Source: a virus
Strand: one strand, 5' to 3'
Virus record (IMG/VR): IMGVR_UViG_3300042294_003292
Span: 1-64,000 of that record
Length of the DNA stretch: 64,000 nt
Of this stretch, positions 1 through 8,683 are shown piece after piece; within the stretch, counting starts at the first letter, position 1; every line of letters begins with the position of its first letter. Below the pieces are notes generated by a model. It was not told the DNA's origin. It did not search any database and was given only the letters and a program-made list of their open reading frames with translations. The position numbers and the translations under genes were made by a program.

Positions 1-237
1 CTGCTTAATTTTTGAAAAAATATCAGAATCAAGGCCCTCGTCTAGAATCTCCTGATCGCCATCTTGTGGCAAAACAGAAGAATAAGACTCATAGAATGAT
101 ATAGGCATCCATGTAATTTTGCCAGTTTCAGCAACCTTGTCTAAAATCTTTATAATTTTTTGAGACTCTTCTGGGGTTAGAAAATTCTCATAAAGGACTA
201 TATCATTAGTAATCCTATTTTTATTGGCCAAGTTCAT
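1..237 (-). CDS. 2OG-Fe(II) oxygenase, N-terminal part (runs off window)
   Basis: Hand translation MNLANKNRITNDIVLYENFLTPEESQKII..., AAGGAG RBS upstream; N-terminus resembles neighbouring P4H-like oxygenases; catalytic motifs lie outside the window. Confidence 0.6.
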   Translation of the reverse strand, partial: MNLANKNRITNDIVLYENFLTPEESQKIIKILDKVAETGKITWMPISFYESYSSVLPQDGDQEILDEGLDSDIFSKIKQ

Positions 238-287
238 GTTTAAGCACTCCTTTTAAATATATTATAGCAGATGGTGGAAAAGCCTAA

Positions 288-1016
288 TTAATCAATGAAA
301 TTTAAGAGAGCCCATCTAGACTTCCATTCTTTTTCCCACTCTACCTGCCAAGAATCAGACCATTTTTTCATGCTATCTGCTCTCCACAACTCTCGTTCTT
401 CTGAGTATTTTGACTCAGCAAAATCCCAAAAAGATATGATTGTGTGCCGATATCCAGAAACAATTTCATTTACGCCGTGGAGATTTTCCTTTCCTCCTGG
501 AAAAAGAAGCATGGATCCAGCCCTTGGCTTAATGCTCAGGTCATGTTCTGGAAAATATATCTCTCCACCAGAATATTGGTCATTTAGATAGATAATTGCT
601 GCATACTTATTAATTTCATAATGACTATCCGACCCATCCTCATTGGTGTTATCAGAATGTACCGAGCCAGATCCGCCTTTGCCAAATCTTTGTGCATGGA
701 TTGTGTTTAAAGAGATTTCCTTTAGAAAAACAGAAGATGTCATCTGCTTGATATCTTTGACTAGCCTACCTATAAAATCTGATGGTAGGCCAAATAGTTC
801 AAAACTTAAATCTGGCTTTGGAGACTTGCCAAGTCGATACTCATATGAGGCAAAATGATTCCATCTTTCCGAGTTAGCATCTATATAATTAATTAAGCTG
901 TTGCAAGTATCTTTATCTAAAAAGTCTAAGACTTCTATAACCTTGTTTTGGTCAACTCCAGCAGTCCCATTTATGTTTGGAACATCTATATAGGTAATAT
1001 AGCTTGTTCCATGCAT
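288..1016 (-). CDS. Prolyl 4-hydroxylase-like 2OG-Fe(II) oxygenase
   Basis: HSD...IIYLNDQYSGGE...HGV...R motifs; start moved to ATG 1016, just after upstream stop. Confidence 0.85.
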   Translation of the reverse strand: MHGTSYITYIDVPNINGTAGVDQNKVIEVLDFLDKDTCNSLINYIDANSERWNHFASYEYRLGKSPKPDLSFELFGLPSDFIGRLVKDIKQMTSSVFLKEISLNTIHAQRFGKGGSGSVHSDNTNEDGSDSHYEINKYAAIIYLNDQYSGGEIYFPEHDLSIKPRAGSMLLFPGGKENLHGVNEIVSGYRHTIISFWDFAESKYSEERELWRADSMKKWSDSWQVEWEKEWKSRWALLNFID

Positions 1017-1017
1017 T

Positions 1018-1692
1018 TTACTCAGATTCTTTTTCTTTATGAGAAAGAATGGTCCAAAAGAACGGTACAGTATATCTAATTCCAGAGATAATCTCTGATA
1101 CTCCATGAATATAATTCATATCTCCAGGGAAAAAGTATGCGGCACCCCTCTTAGGCTTGAACCTAATATCTTGGTTTGGAAAATACAGCTCTCCGCCCTC
1201 GTAATCATCGTTAATGTAGAAAAGACCTGCAATGTCGTAATACGGGAAGTCATTTGGCTTACCTGCGTCTGGTCCCGTGTGAAGCTCTTTATCTGCGTGT
1301 GGCATCTGTAGTTGGCCTGGAAGCCATCTGACCATTGCTGGGCTAGTAGGAAGAGCGTCTACGCCAAAGAACTTATCTACCTCTATTTTTAATCTTGCGA
1401 CCATTCCTTCAATAATCACAGGAATTTCTGGATTTGTTTTTTGAATAGTCGGATAGGTTGCTACACGATTGTCCCAATATCCAGCATCATAAATGACAGT
1501 TCCGTTTTCGTTATAATGGGTTTCTGTCTGATCCCAGTTTTCGTTGCTTCTGATGAAGTCATTTAGAGCTGTCAGCTCCTCATCAGTCATAAAGTCTTCC
1601 AGGGTAACAATGTTTTCTGGGGATGACCCAAAAAATCCTGATGGGGTAATTGAAACCCGATCAACAATATGATTGTTAGTTAAGTTTTCCAT
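1018..1692 (-). CDS. Prolyl 4-hydroxylase-like 2OG-Fe(II) oxygenase
   Basis: HAD...FYINDDYEGGELYF...HGV...RY. Confidence 0.9.
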   Translation of the reverse strand: MENLTNNHIVDRVSITPSGFFGSSPENIVTLEDFMTDEELTALNDFIRSNENWDQTETHYNENGTVIYDAGYWDNRVATYPTIQKTNPEIPVIIEGMVARLKIEVDKFFGVDALPTSPAMVRWLPGQLQMPHADKELHTGPDAGKPNDFPYYDIAGLFYINDDYEGGELYFPNQDIRFKPKRGAAYFFPGDMNYIHGVSEIISGIRYTVPFFWTILSHKEKESE

Positions 1693-1706
1693 TATAAGTC
1701 TCCTTG

Positions 1707-2432
1707 TTATTCATACTTTCGTCTTTCCCAGACCTCTTTCAAGTATACACCACCGCTAGGAACTCGATATTTCTTTGAGTTTTCCATGTTCTTTTTCATT
1801 ATAGAAAGGCCAGAGTCAAACTCGTATTCAGACTCCCAATCTTCTCTCTTAAATGGTATCATCTGAGAATATGGCGTTCCCGCTGGAATTACGCCAGTCC
1901 ACCCTTCTTGTATAAAGAATGGGAAGGTTCCTGGCAGATTCACCTTGTCGTTGTCTACAATTCCACTTGTTGTCATAAACGGTAAGTCATACCTACCGAA
2001 TGGCTGAGAATATAGTACGCTATAGCCTTTTGGTGTAGCTACAGCCCAATCTGGGTACCAGGCAAAATGCTTCTTGTAATATCCCTTTGGATGCTCAAAC
2101 TGAGGCATTGGATCTCTAAACTGAATAAAGTCAGAGTATTTAGGATCTAAAACCTTGGCTGAAATCTCATTCTTGCTGTCAAGGAAGAACTCAATGTCGC
2201 ATGGAGTTCTGTATACATAGCCAGTAATAAAAATGTCATATATTGCTGGACAAGCCTTCCAGGTTGGAACCTTTCCGCCATCCGCCCCAATAAAACTTGT
2301 TCCATCTGGGCCCTTGTAGAACCTATCCGCAGACGTGTACCATTCTGGCAGACTCTTAGATACTGGCTCTGGCGTTGATGGATCTTTTCCAGATAGCCAT
2401 CCCCTGTTTGCTAAAAATTTAATTTTTGGCAT
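1707..2432 (-). CDS. DUF6065-like / beta-clip hypothetical protein
   Basis: CPAIYD..TGY..TPCD and IPAGTPYSQMIPFKR motifs; similar to adjacent gene. Confidence 0.5.
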   Translation of the reverse strand: MPKIKFLANRGWLSGKDPSTPEPVSKSLPEWYTSADRFYKGPDGTSFIGADGGKVPTWKACPAIYDIFITGYVYRTPCDIEFFLDSKNEISAKVLDPKYSDFIQFRDPMPQFEHPKGYYKKHFAWYPDWAVATPKGYSVLYSQPFGRYDLPFMTTSGIVDNDKVNLPGTFPFFIQEGWTGVIPAGTPYSQMIPFKREDWESEYEFDSGLSIMKKNMENSKKYRVPSGGVYLKEVWERRKYE

Positions 2433-3138
2433 TATTTATAACTTTCATAAGAATCTTTTTAGCTTCGTGATTTCCTGCAGAATTTCCATTGTGATCAACG
2501 GCATCTCTGTAAAAGTGTGTCCACTCTCCCTTAGAGTTTTTCTCTTGGCTGGCTGTACCACGGTCTCTCATGTTTTCTTGCCATTTAAGATCTTCATAAT
2601 CTGGCCTTCCATTCCGAACCTCTAGCTCGTGTGACTGAATGTCGGTGAGAGATATTGGCAAAATAGAGGCAATCGGAGTATTTGCTGGTATCGTTATTTC
2701 AATATTTGGTTCTGTTATCATCCAAGCAATCGGGAGATCTCCTAGTAAAACAGATGTGCTTATAAGCGTAGTCATACACTGAGCTCCTCTAATAAACTGA
2801 TTAGGAACTGGCATAGTTAAAAGAGTTAGGTTTTCGTTATTTTCTTTTACAAAGGTCAGGTCAGTATAAAAACTGATGGTCCTGTTACCACGATTTGGAT
2901 GTGCCCACTGAGACCCAGACAAAACCTTTACGTGATCCCCTGTAGAATCATTAATCCCGTCCCAAATAAACGTGATATCTTCTGGATAGGAAATTCCCCA
3001 GCCAAGTCTATTTGATAAGGAGATTGGAAAGCACTGATATGCGTGTCTATCAAAAGTAATATCCATCCAGTCACGGTGTAGTGGTAGCTGATCTATGTTT
3101 CCGTGGTGGCCACCAGTGTAGGCTGTGACTTTTGGCAT
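2419..3138 (-). CDS. DUF6065-family protein
   Basis: RDWMD...AYQCFPISLSNRLGW N-terminal signature, IPANTPIASILP. Confidence 0.6.
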   Translation of the reverse strand: MPKVTAYTGGHHGNIDQLPLHRDWMDITFDRHAYQCFPISLSNRLGWGISYPEDITFIWDGINDSTGDHVKVLSGSQWAHPNRGNRTISFYTDLTFVKENNENLTLLTMPVPNQFIRGAQCMTTLISTSVLLGDLPIAWMITEPNIEITIPANTPIASILPISLTDIQSHELEVRNGRPDYEDLKWQENMRDRGTASQEKNSKGEWTHFYRDAVDHNGNSAGNHEAKKILMKVINNAKN

Positions 3139-3842
3139 CAGGAACCTGTCTCTTGGTAGAACTTTGGATTATGATACTTATCTGAATAATCCAGCATTGT
3201 TACAATAGAGTGCTTTATTCCAGATTCTACTGGCAATGACTTGTGAGGATACATATAGTTGGATGGGAAGATAAAAAGATCTCCAGCTCTTGGCTTTACC
3301 TTTAGACCCTGTAGCCTAAACTCTAACTCCCCGCCAGTGTAGTTGTCATTTGGGTACGCAACTAAAGAGACAACACAGTTATAGGAATATCCATTGTCAG
3401 AATGCTCTTGAAAGTGCTGTCCTGGACCATACTTTACGAAGTTCATTGCTTCCCAGTAACGAAGCTCTCCAACATTAAACCGTCTTGAGTAATCTTTTAC
3501 TGCTGCGATTTCTTTGTCATAAACATCTTGCCACAACTGCTGGAGCTTTTGAGATGCTGGAGACGGATCATGCATAATATCTGTTTTCTTATACTTGAAA
3601 TCCCAACAGTCACGGTATTCTGGCATCTTAGTGCCATACCCCACCATTGCTTCCATATAGTTATAATAGTTTGTCTTATCGTCTAGAACTTCTTCAAGCC
3701 TATTTATGATATTCATGTCTGTAGGAAGCACATCGTGGTAAACAAATATACCAGGTGACAGCTCCTCTACAGATGACCAGGTTTGTTCGTTAATCGTGTA
3801 GTACTCGTTAATTCTTTTAGCAATGTCTTCGACGTTTTCCAT
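3138..3842 (-). CDS. Prolyl 4-hydroxylase-like 2OG-Fe(II) oxygenase
   Basis: HSD...AYPNDNYTGGEL...FPSNYMYPH...K. Confidence 0.9.
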   Translation of the reverse strand: MENVEDIAKRINEYYTINEQTWSSVEELSPGIFVYHDVLPTDMNIINRLEEVLDDKTNYYNYMEAMVGYGTKMPEYRDCWDFKYKKTDIMHDPSPASQKLQQLWQDVYDKEIAAVKDYSRRFNVGELRYWEAMNFVKYGPGQHFQEHSDNGYSYNCVVSLVAYPNDNYTGGELEFRLQGLKVKPRAGDLFIFPSNYMYPHKSLPVESGIKHSIVTMLDYSDKYHNPKFYQETGS

Positions 3843-3852
3843 TTTCCACCAA

Positions 3853-4611
3853 TCAGTAAGTTATCTTATTAGGATCTTCTTGTCTATACGGGTGATATCT
3901 TAGACCACCACGATCGTTATAGTCTGTCATAACTACAACGGAATACTTTGTGCCACTTTTCATTGGCAATGAGGCATGTTCATAAATATATGTAGATGGG
4001 AATACCGCAATATCTCCTGGCTTCGGTTTAATTGTTAAATCAAATCTTGGAAAGTACAGCTCCCCACCTTCATAGTCATCATTTAGGTATGCTACAACTG
4101 AGACAGTTGTTACATATGCTGGGCCATGATCTGCGTGTATGTTAAAGTGTTTTCCTGCACCCTCATATTTAACAAAGTTAAAGGCCTCGTAATAAGATAT
4201 TCCTACGCCCCAGTATTCACCATAGTCTTGAACGTTTGGGTGAATTGCCTGAAAAGCTTTTTCATGCATATCATAAAGTTCTGAGTTTTCTGGATTTCTT
4301 GGGCCATACGCAGTTGTATTAATCTTAAAGTCTACGCAATCCCTTGCATCAGAAAGAACTGCATCTGACTCTGTCACCATGGCTCCGTGCCACTTATAGA
4401 CGCTGCTTGTGCTATTTGTAAGCTTTGATTCTAGAGTTTCTATAATGCTTTTACAGTCATTTAAAGAAATGGCGTTATTGTAAATGTTTATTCCAAGTGC
4501 TGGATTTGACACTGATACCCCACGGACAGTAGTCCTGTCTGGCATTCTGTTTGAATATGTTTCAGATCTATCTTTGGTAAGCCAAGGATTTACTAGTTTT
4601 TGCTGTTCCAT
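3853..4611 (-). CDS. Prolyl 4-hydroxylase-like 2OG-Fe(II) oxygenase
   Basis: HAD...AYLNDDYEGGEL...FPSTYIYEH...K; TGATATAAT shortly upstream of ATG (leaderless). Confidence 0.9.
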   Translation of the reverse strand: MEQQKLVNPWLTKDRSETYSNRMPDRTTVRGVSVSNPALGINIYNNAISLNDCKSIIETLESKLTNSTSSVYKWHGAMVTESDAVLSDARDCVDFKINTTAYGPRNPENSELYDMHEKAFQAIHPNVQDYGEYWGVGISYYEAFNFVKYEGAGKHFNIHADHGPAYVTTVSVVAYLNDDYEGGELYFPRFDLTIKPKPGDIAVFPSTYIYEHASLPMKSGTKYSVVVMTDYNDRGGLRYHPYRQEDPNKITY

Positions 4612-4636
4612 ATAGCAATTATATCATAGCCATCAA

Positions 4637-4680
4637 AATAGAAAAACTGCAAGCCAGTTTTGACTTGCAGCCTTCTATTT
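4637..4680 (-). terminator. Imperfect hairpin after the PPFF gene
   Basis: AAATAGAA..CTGCAAG / CTTGCAG..TTCTATTT inverted repeat. Confidence 0.45.
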
Positions 4681-4690
4681 CTACTCTAGA

Positions 4691-5578
4691 TTAGCAGCGA
4701 GGTGGACATCCGCCAACAAATCTTGGGAAGAATGGGAAGAACGGTGGGAAGAATGGGCCAAATCTAGGGAAGAATGGTGGGAAGAACGGTGGGAAGAATG
4801 GGAAGAACGGTGGGAAGAATGGTGGGAAGAACGGGAAGAACGGGAAGAATGGTGGGAAGAACGGTGGGAAGAATGGGAAGAACGGTGGGAAGAATGGTGG
4901 GAAGAACGGTGGGAAGAACGGAGGGAAGAACGGGAAGAATGGGAAGAACGGTGGGAAAAATGGCGGGAAGAATGGTGGGGTAGTTGTAACTTGACCAGAA
5001 TAATCAGAAAACTCTCCGTCTCCGTTAGCATTTGTTGCACGAACACGGTAAGACTGAGAGGTTGAACCTTCCTGCTGAACAGTAACAGAAGTGCTTGTAG
5101 TAGAGCCACTCTTGTTGTCATTACTTTCCCAGAAATAGGAAGTAATTGCCTTTCCTCCGTTATTTGGCTCTGTCCAGCTAACGCTATCCTGGTCTACCTG
5201 TGCAGTAGCGGTTGGTGCTGATGGCTTTGCTGGAACGGTAGTAGCAGTAACGCTAACAGAAGAAGATGCTGGAGAAGTTCCAGCAGCATTGGTGGCAGTA
5301 ACACTAATTGAATAAGAAATATTAGAAGAAAGGCCTGTAACTGTAATTGGGGAAGAAGAACCTGTAGCAGTTCTTGTGGTCTGACCAGAGGCTGTGGCGG
5401 TAACTGTGTAAGAAGTTGCAGCAGGAGATTCTACTGGAAGCTCAAAAGAAACAGAGGCGGCACCGTCGTTAAACGGTCTGTTTGTTCCTACGTCAGTTGC
5501 AGAAACATTGATAGGAGCTTTTGGCTCTAAAAAGTCATTCTGTTGTGACGATCTTCCGCCAGCTTCTTTCTTTGCCAT
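4691..5578 (-). CDS. Fibronectin type III-repeat protein with (PPFF)n-GCPPRC C-terminal tail
   Basis: Two FN3-like units (VTGLSSNISYSISVTATNAAG; YRVRATNANG) then about 85 aa of PPFF/PFF repeats. Confidence 0.8.
   Translation of the reverse strand: MAKKEAGGRSSQQNDFLEPKAPINVSATDVGTNRPFNDGAASVSFELPVESPAATSYTVTATASGQTTRTATGSSSPITVTGLSSNISYSISVTATNAAGTSPASSSVSVTATTVPAKPSAPTATAQVDQDSVSWTEPNNGGKAITSYFWESNDNKSGSTTSTSVTVQQEGSTSQSYRVRATNANGDGEFSDYSGQVTTTPPFFPPFFPPFFPFFPFFPPFFPPFFPPFFPPFFPFFPPFFPPFFPFFPFFPPFFPPFFPFFPPFFPPFFPRFGPFFPPFFPFFPRFVGGCPPRC
4720..4980. repeat. Tandem 9/12-bp repeats encoding PFF/PPFF
   Basis: GGGAAGAAYGGT / GGGAAGAAY units on + strand. Confidence 0.95.
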
Positions 5579-5674
5579 GTAGACTCTCCTTCTTTAAAGA
5601 CTCTTTAATTATAATGTATTTTTTAAAATCCCATATTTAGGTGTTTGCCATTAAATATAGGATCTTAATTGTTT

Positions 5675-8158
5675 TTAGGCCTTTAGGTCTCCATAAACAA
5701 TCCAGCTGTTCTCTGAACGCTTTAGAATCGTTGCAGATGACCACTGTGTTCTAAGCTTAAGGCCTGGTGTTGAGTTTACAGTAACACCGTTAGCACCAGC
5801 AATTGTAACCTCACCTGTACCAGTTCCAAGAATGTCCATAGACGCACCTACTGGCCAAGCCAGGGCAGCGTTTGTTGGAATCGTAAATGTGGTTGCTGAA
5901 GATGAATTCATCTCTACAATTCCATCTCTTAGGTCTAGGTCATCTAGAGTATAGCTTGAAGTTTTCTCTACAAACTCGGTAAGTGATGGAACACCTGCCT
6001 TAGTCTGAGTACCATCTGCAAAGACAACGCCTACTGCTTTTAGGTTGTTAACTTCAAGGTCATCTAAGCTACCCTCAGAAAAGTCTACTGTTGTTGCTGG
6101 CTCAGTAGTTACACCTTTAAATAGCTTCCAGCGGTTATCAGATACGTCACGAACGATACCTGCGTGTTTTGCAGAACCATCATTGTAGCCAACTACAAGA
6201 CCGAGGTCTACTGTATTTGCTGCATTCTCGTGAGCAAGCTGAACTAGGTTATCTTCAATTGTGATGCTTGTTGCAGATGCCGAGAAGTTTGTACCATTTA
6301 CAGTTAAGTCTCCATCTACTATGATATTTCCGCTAAAAGTAGCTCCCGAAAGATCTGCCTTTAAGTCCAAAGCTGCCTGAGTTGCAGTTGATACTGGCTT
6401 ATCAATGTCGGCTGTGTTGTCAACATTTCCTAGGCCAACCATTCCTGGGGTTAGACCAGTAGGCGTTCCAGTAAAGGTTGGGCTATTTAGAGTAGGGGCA
6501 TTGCTAGGTGCCTTTTCATCTAGCTGGTCTTGAACATTTGAAGTTACAGTGGCCAGATATCCTAGCTCTGTAGAAGATAGGTTTCCAATAGAGGTGTCTG
6601 ATGGAAGAACAACAGTGCCCGAAAAGCTTGGGCTGTTTATTGGGGCATATGTTGTAGATGCAATTCCAGAGTCTAGCTTTGCGTCAATTTGTCCCTGAAT
6701 TGATGAAGTAACTCCAGTCAAGTATCCAATTTCAGTTCCTGTTGTACTTCCAAGAGTCGAGACAATTGTATCTATGTCTGAGCCGTGACCAGTAACAGTA
6801 GTGCTTAGATTGTTAAGGGCAGTCTCATTATCGGACACTGTAGTTGTAAGGTTGGAGATATTGGTAACTGCAGCATCTAGCTCTGATTCAAGAGTTGAAA
6901 TATTATTAGTTGCAGTTGTTAATGTTCCCTGAACAGTGCTCAAGTCATCAGTAAGATTTGAAATATCAGACGTGTTTGATGAAACAGCTGTGGTCAGTGA
7001 TCCAAGATCGGTCTCTATAGATGAGATTTGAGTATTAGTATTTGTCTCAACTGTCTGTAGTGATGATGCCAAACCTTGTACGGTAACCTCAAGATTGTCA
7101 ATGTTTTCCTGGGTATTGGCAATATTTTCCTGGGTATCTGTTGTTAGTGTACCTATCTCATTGTCTACATAAGACTTGGTTGCCAGAACGCCTGTATCAG
7201 CAGCAAAAGTATTGCCATTAAGGGTTATTCCTAGTCCAGCAATGTATGTCCCTGCACCAGAGAACTGGGTAAACTCAATAGGGTCAGTTCCGATAGCTCC
7301 AACGGTGGCGGTCTGAACCCATCCAGTACTTCCATTAACGGTTCCGCCAGACACAAACACAAAGTCGCCAGCATCGATTTCTGCAGGTGAGTTGTAGTCT
7401 GGTGCTCTATTGGTTGAATAGTTTGTTCCGCCCATGGACTGAAGAACAAAGATACCATTTTGTGAGGGATCTGTTTGATCCTTTACAAGAATTCTCATGC
7501 CATCAAAGGTTGTAACACCATCAATGCTTGGAATATTAGATCCAGAAGAAATGAGAATATTTCCAGTTGTAGCGGCAGCTACAGACTCGTGAATGTGAAG
7601 GTTGGAAGCTACACCATCAACATATTCTTTAGTGGCAGCCTCAAGAGCTTGAGTTGGGTTTGCATTAAGAATAACAGAGCCAGTAAATACTGCTCCGTCT
7701 CCACGTGCGTAGTCTCCTAGCTGAGTATCAGTATAGTCTTTGGACTCTGTTACTGCATCCTCAACGCTTTGCTGAATATTTGTAAAAAAGTTAGGGTCGT
7801 CGCCAATGGCGTCTGCTAGCTCTGAAAGAGTGTTTAGATCTTCTGGAGCAAGGCCAATTACATCCTGAACAGCCTGGTCAACATATGCAAGCTGGCTAGC
7901 TGGTACCTGACCGTTGCCATCAAGAGTTGCAACACCATTAGCTGCTGCCCTCTGGGTTAGCGGAATGTAGTCATCGATAGATCCGCCAAGGGTTGTTTCG
8001 TTTTGGAAGTAGTCTAGCTGGCTCCAAGTTGCAACGCCATCACCAATCTTAAATGAATTTGTATCGATTTCAAAACCGATTTCACCAGGTCCTAGTACTG
8101 GATTAGCATCCGTCCACTGTTCTGCGGTACCACGACGCTGCTGCATTCTAATAGCCAT
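5675..8158 (-). CDS. Tail fibre-like virion protein (Mtd_N-like N-terminus, coiled coil)
   Basis: RRGTAEQW...GEIGFEIDTNSFKIGDG N-terminus, heptad region, C-terminal WIVYGDLKA domain. Confidence 0.75.
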   Translation of the reverse strand: MAIRMQQRRGTAEQWTDANPVLGPGEIGFEIDTNSFKIGDGVATWSQLDYFQNETTLGGSIDDYIPLTQRAAANGVATLDGNGQVPASQLAYVDQAVQDVIGLAPEDLNTLSELADAIGDDPNFFTNIQQSVEDAVTESKDYTDTQLGDYARGDGAVFTGSVILNANPTQALEAATKEYVDGVASNLHIHESVAAATTGNILISSGSNIPSIDGVTTFDGMRILVKDQTDPSQNGIFVLQSMGGTNYSTNRAPDYNSPAEIDAGDFVFVSGGTVNGSTGWVQTATVGAIGTDPIEFTQFSGAGTYIAGLGITLNGNTFAADTGVLATKSYVDNEIGTLTTDTQENIANTQENIDNLEVTVQGLASSLQTVETNTNTQISSIETDLGSLTTAVSSNTSDISNLTDDLSTVQGTLTTATNNISTLESELDAAVTNISNLTTTVSDNETALNNLSTTVTGHGSDIDTIVSTLGSTTGTEIGYLTGVTSSIQGQIDAKLDSGIASTTYAPINSPSFSGTVVLPSDTSIGNLSSTELGYLATVTSNVQDQLDEKAPSNAPTLNSPTFTGTPTGLTPGMVGLGNVDNTADIDKPVSTATQAALDLKADLSGATFSGNIIVDGDLTVNGTNFSASATSITIEDNLVQLAHENAANTVDLGLVVGYNDGSAKHAGIVRDVSDNRWKLFKGVTTEPATTVDFSEGSLDDLEVNNLKAVGVVFADGTQTKAGVPSLTEFVEKTSSYTLDDLDLRDGIVEMNSSSATTFTIPTNAALAWPVGASMDILGTGTGEVTIAGANGVTVNSTPGLKLRTQWSSATILKRSENSWIVYGDLKA

Positions 8159-8202
8159 AAAGAACTCCTCGTTTAAGCTTATGTTAAATTATACATACAA
8201 TT

Positions 8203-8658
8203 TTAATTAAAATTGTCTACTGCTATGCCACCATTATAAGTATCTGCCCAGTCAATAGTGTTTGGTGATCCACCATCGGCTGCGGTTCCTTGAGGCTGGT
8301 TAAATGTACCAGCATCAACAAATCTAGTTACGATCAATCCATTTCCATCAATAGATGTGTCATGAATGTGATCTGGGATATTGAGGGTATCGTCGATTGT
8401 TGCAATTGTTCTCCAAGTGCCCTCATAAAAAATATTTACTCTTTCAACAATAGTGTCAAACCATAGCAATCCATTTGAAGGATTTTCTGGTGGCATAGAG
8501 CCAGATTGCATATTGCCAGAAATAGAGTCTACGTACTCTTTTGTAGCTAAATGTCCAGGCAGAGTAGGGCTGGCCGCAGAAACACGTCCACCAAATAAAC
8601 CGTCACCAGCTACTTGAATTCCGTGTTTGACTTTAAAGTCTTTATTTACTGCGGTCAT
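8203..8658 (-). CDS. Putative virion structural protein
   Basis: KDFKVKHG N-terminus shared with upstream gene; HLATKEYVD and GLLWFDT fibre motifs. Confidence 0.55.
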   Translation of the reverse strand: MTAVNKDFKVKHGIQVAGDGLFGGRVSAASPTLPGHLATKEYVDSISGNMQSGSMPPENPSNGLLWFDTIVERVNIFYEGTWRTIATIDDTLNIPDHIHDTSIDGNGLIVTRFVDAGTFNQPQGTAADGGSPNTIDWADTYNGGIAVDNFN

Positions 8659-8683
8659 CCTACTACTCCCTGTTTTTTAATAG

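Noticed and set aside
4681-5121. Alternative-frame ORFs (SSH-rich 4681..5121; MVGRT 4774..4983)
   Set aside because: By-products of the PPFF repeat; variation is synonymous in the PPFF frame
5675-8158. Diversity-generating retroelement suggested by the Mtd_N-like domain
   Set aside because: No reverse transcriptase and no TR/VR pair with adenine-specific mismatches seen in the window
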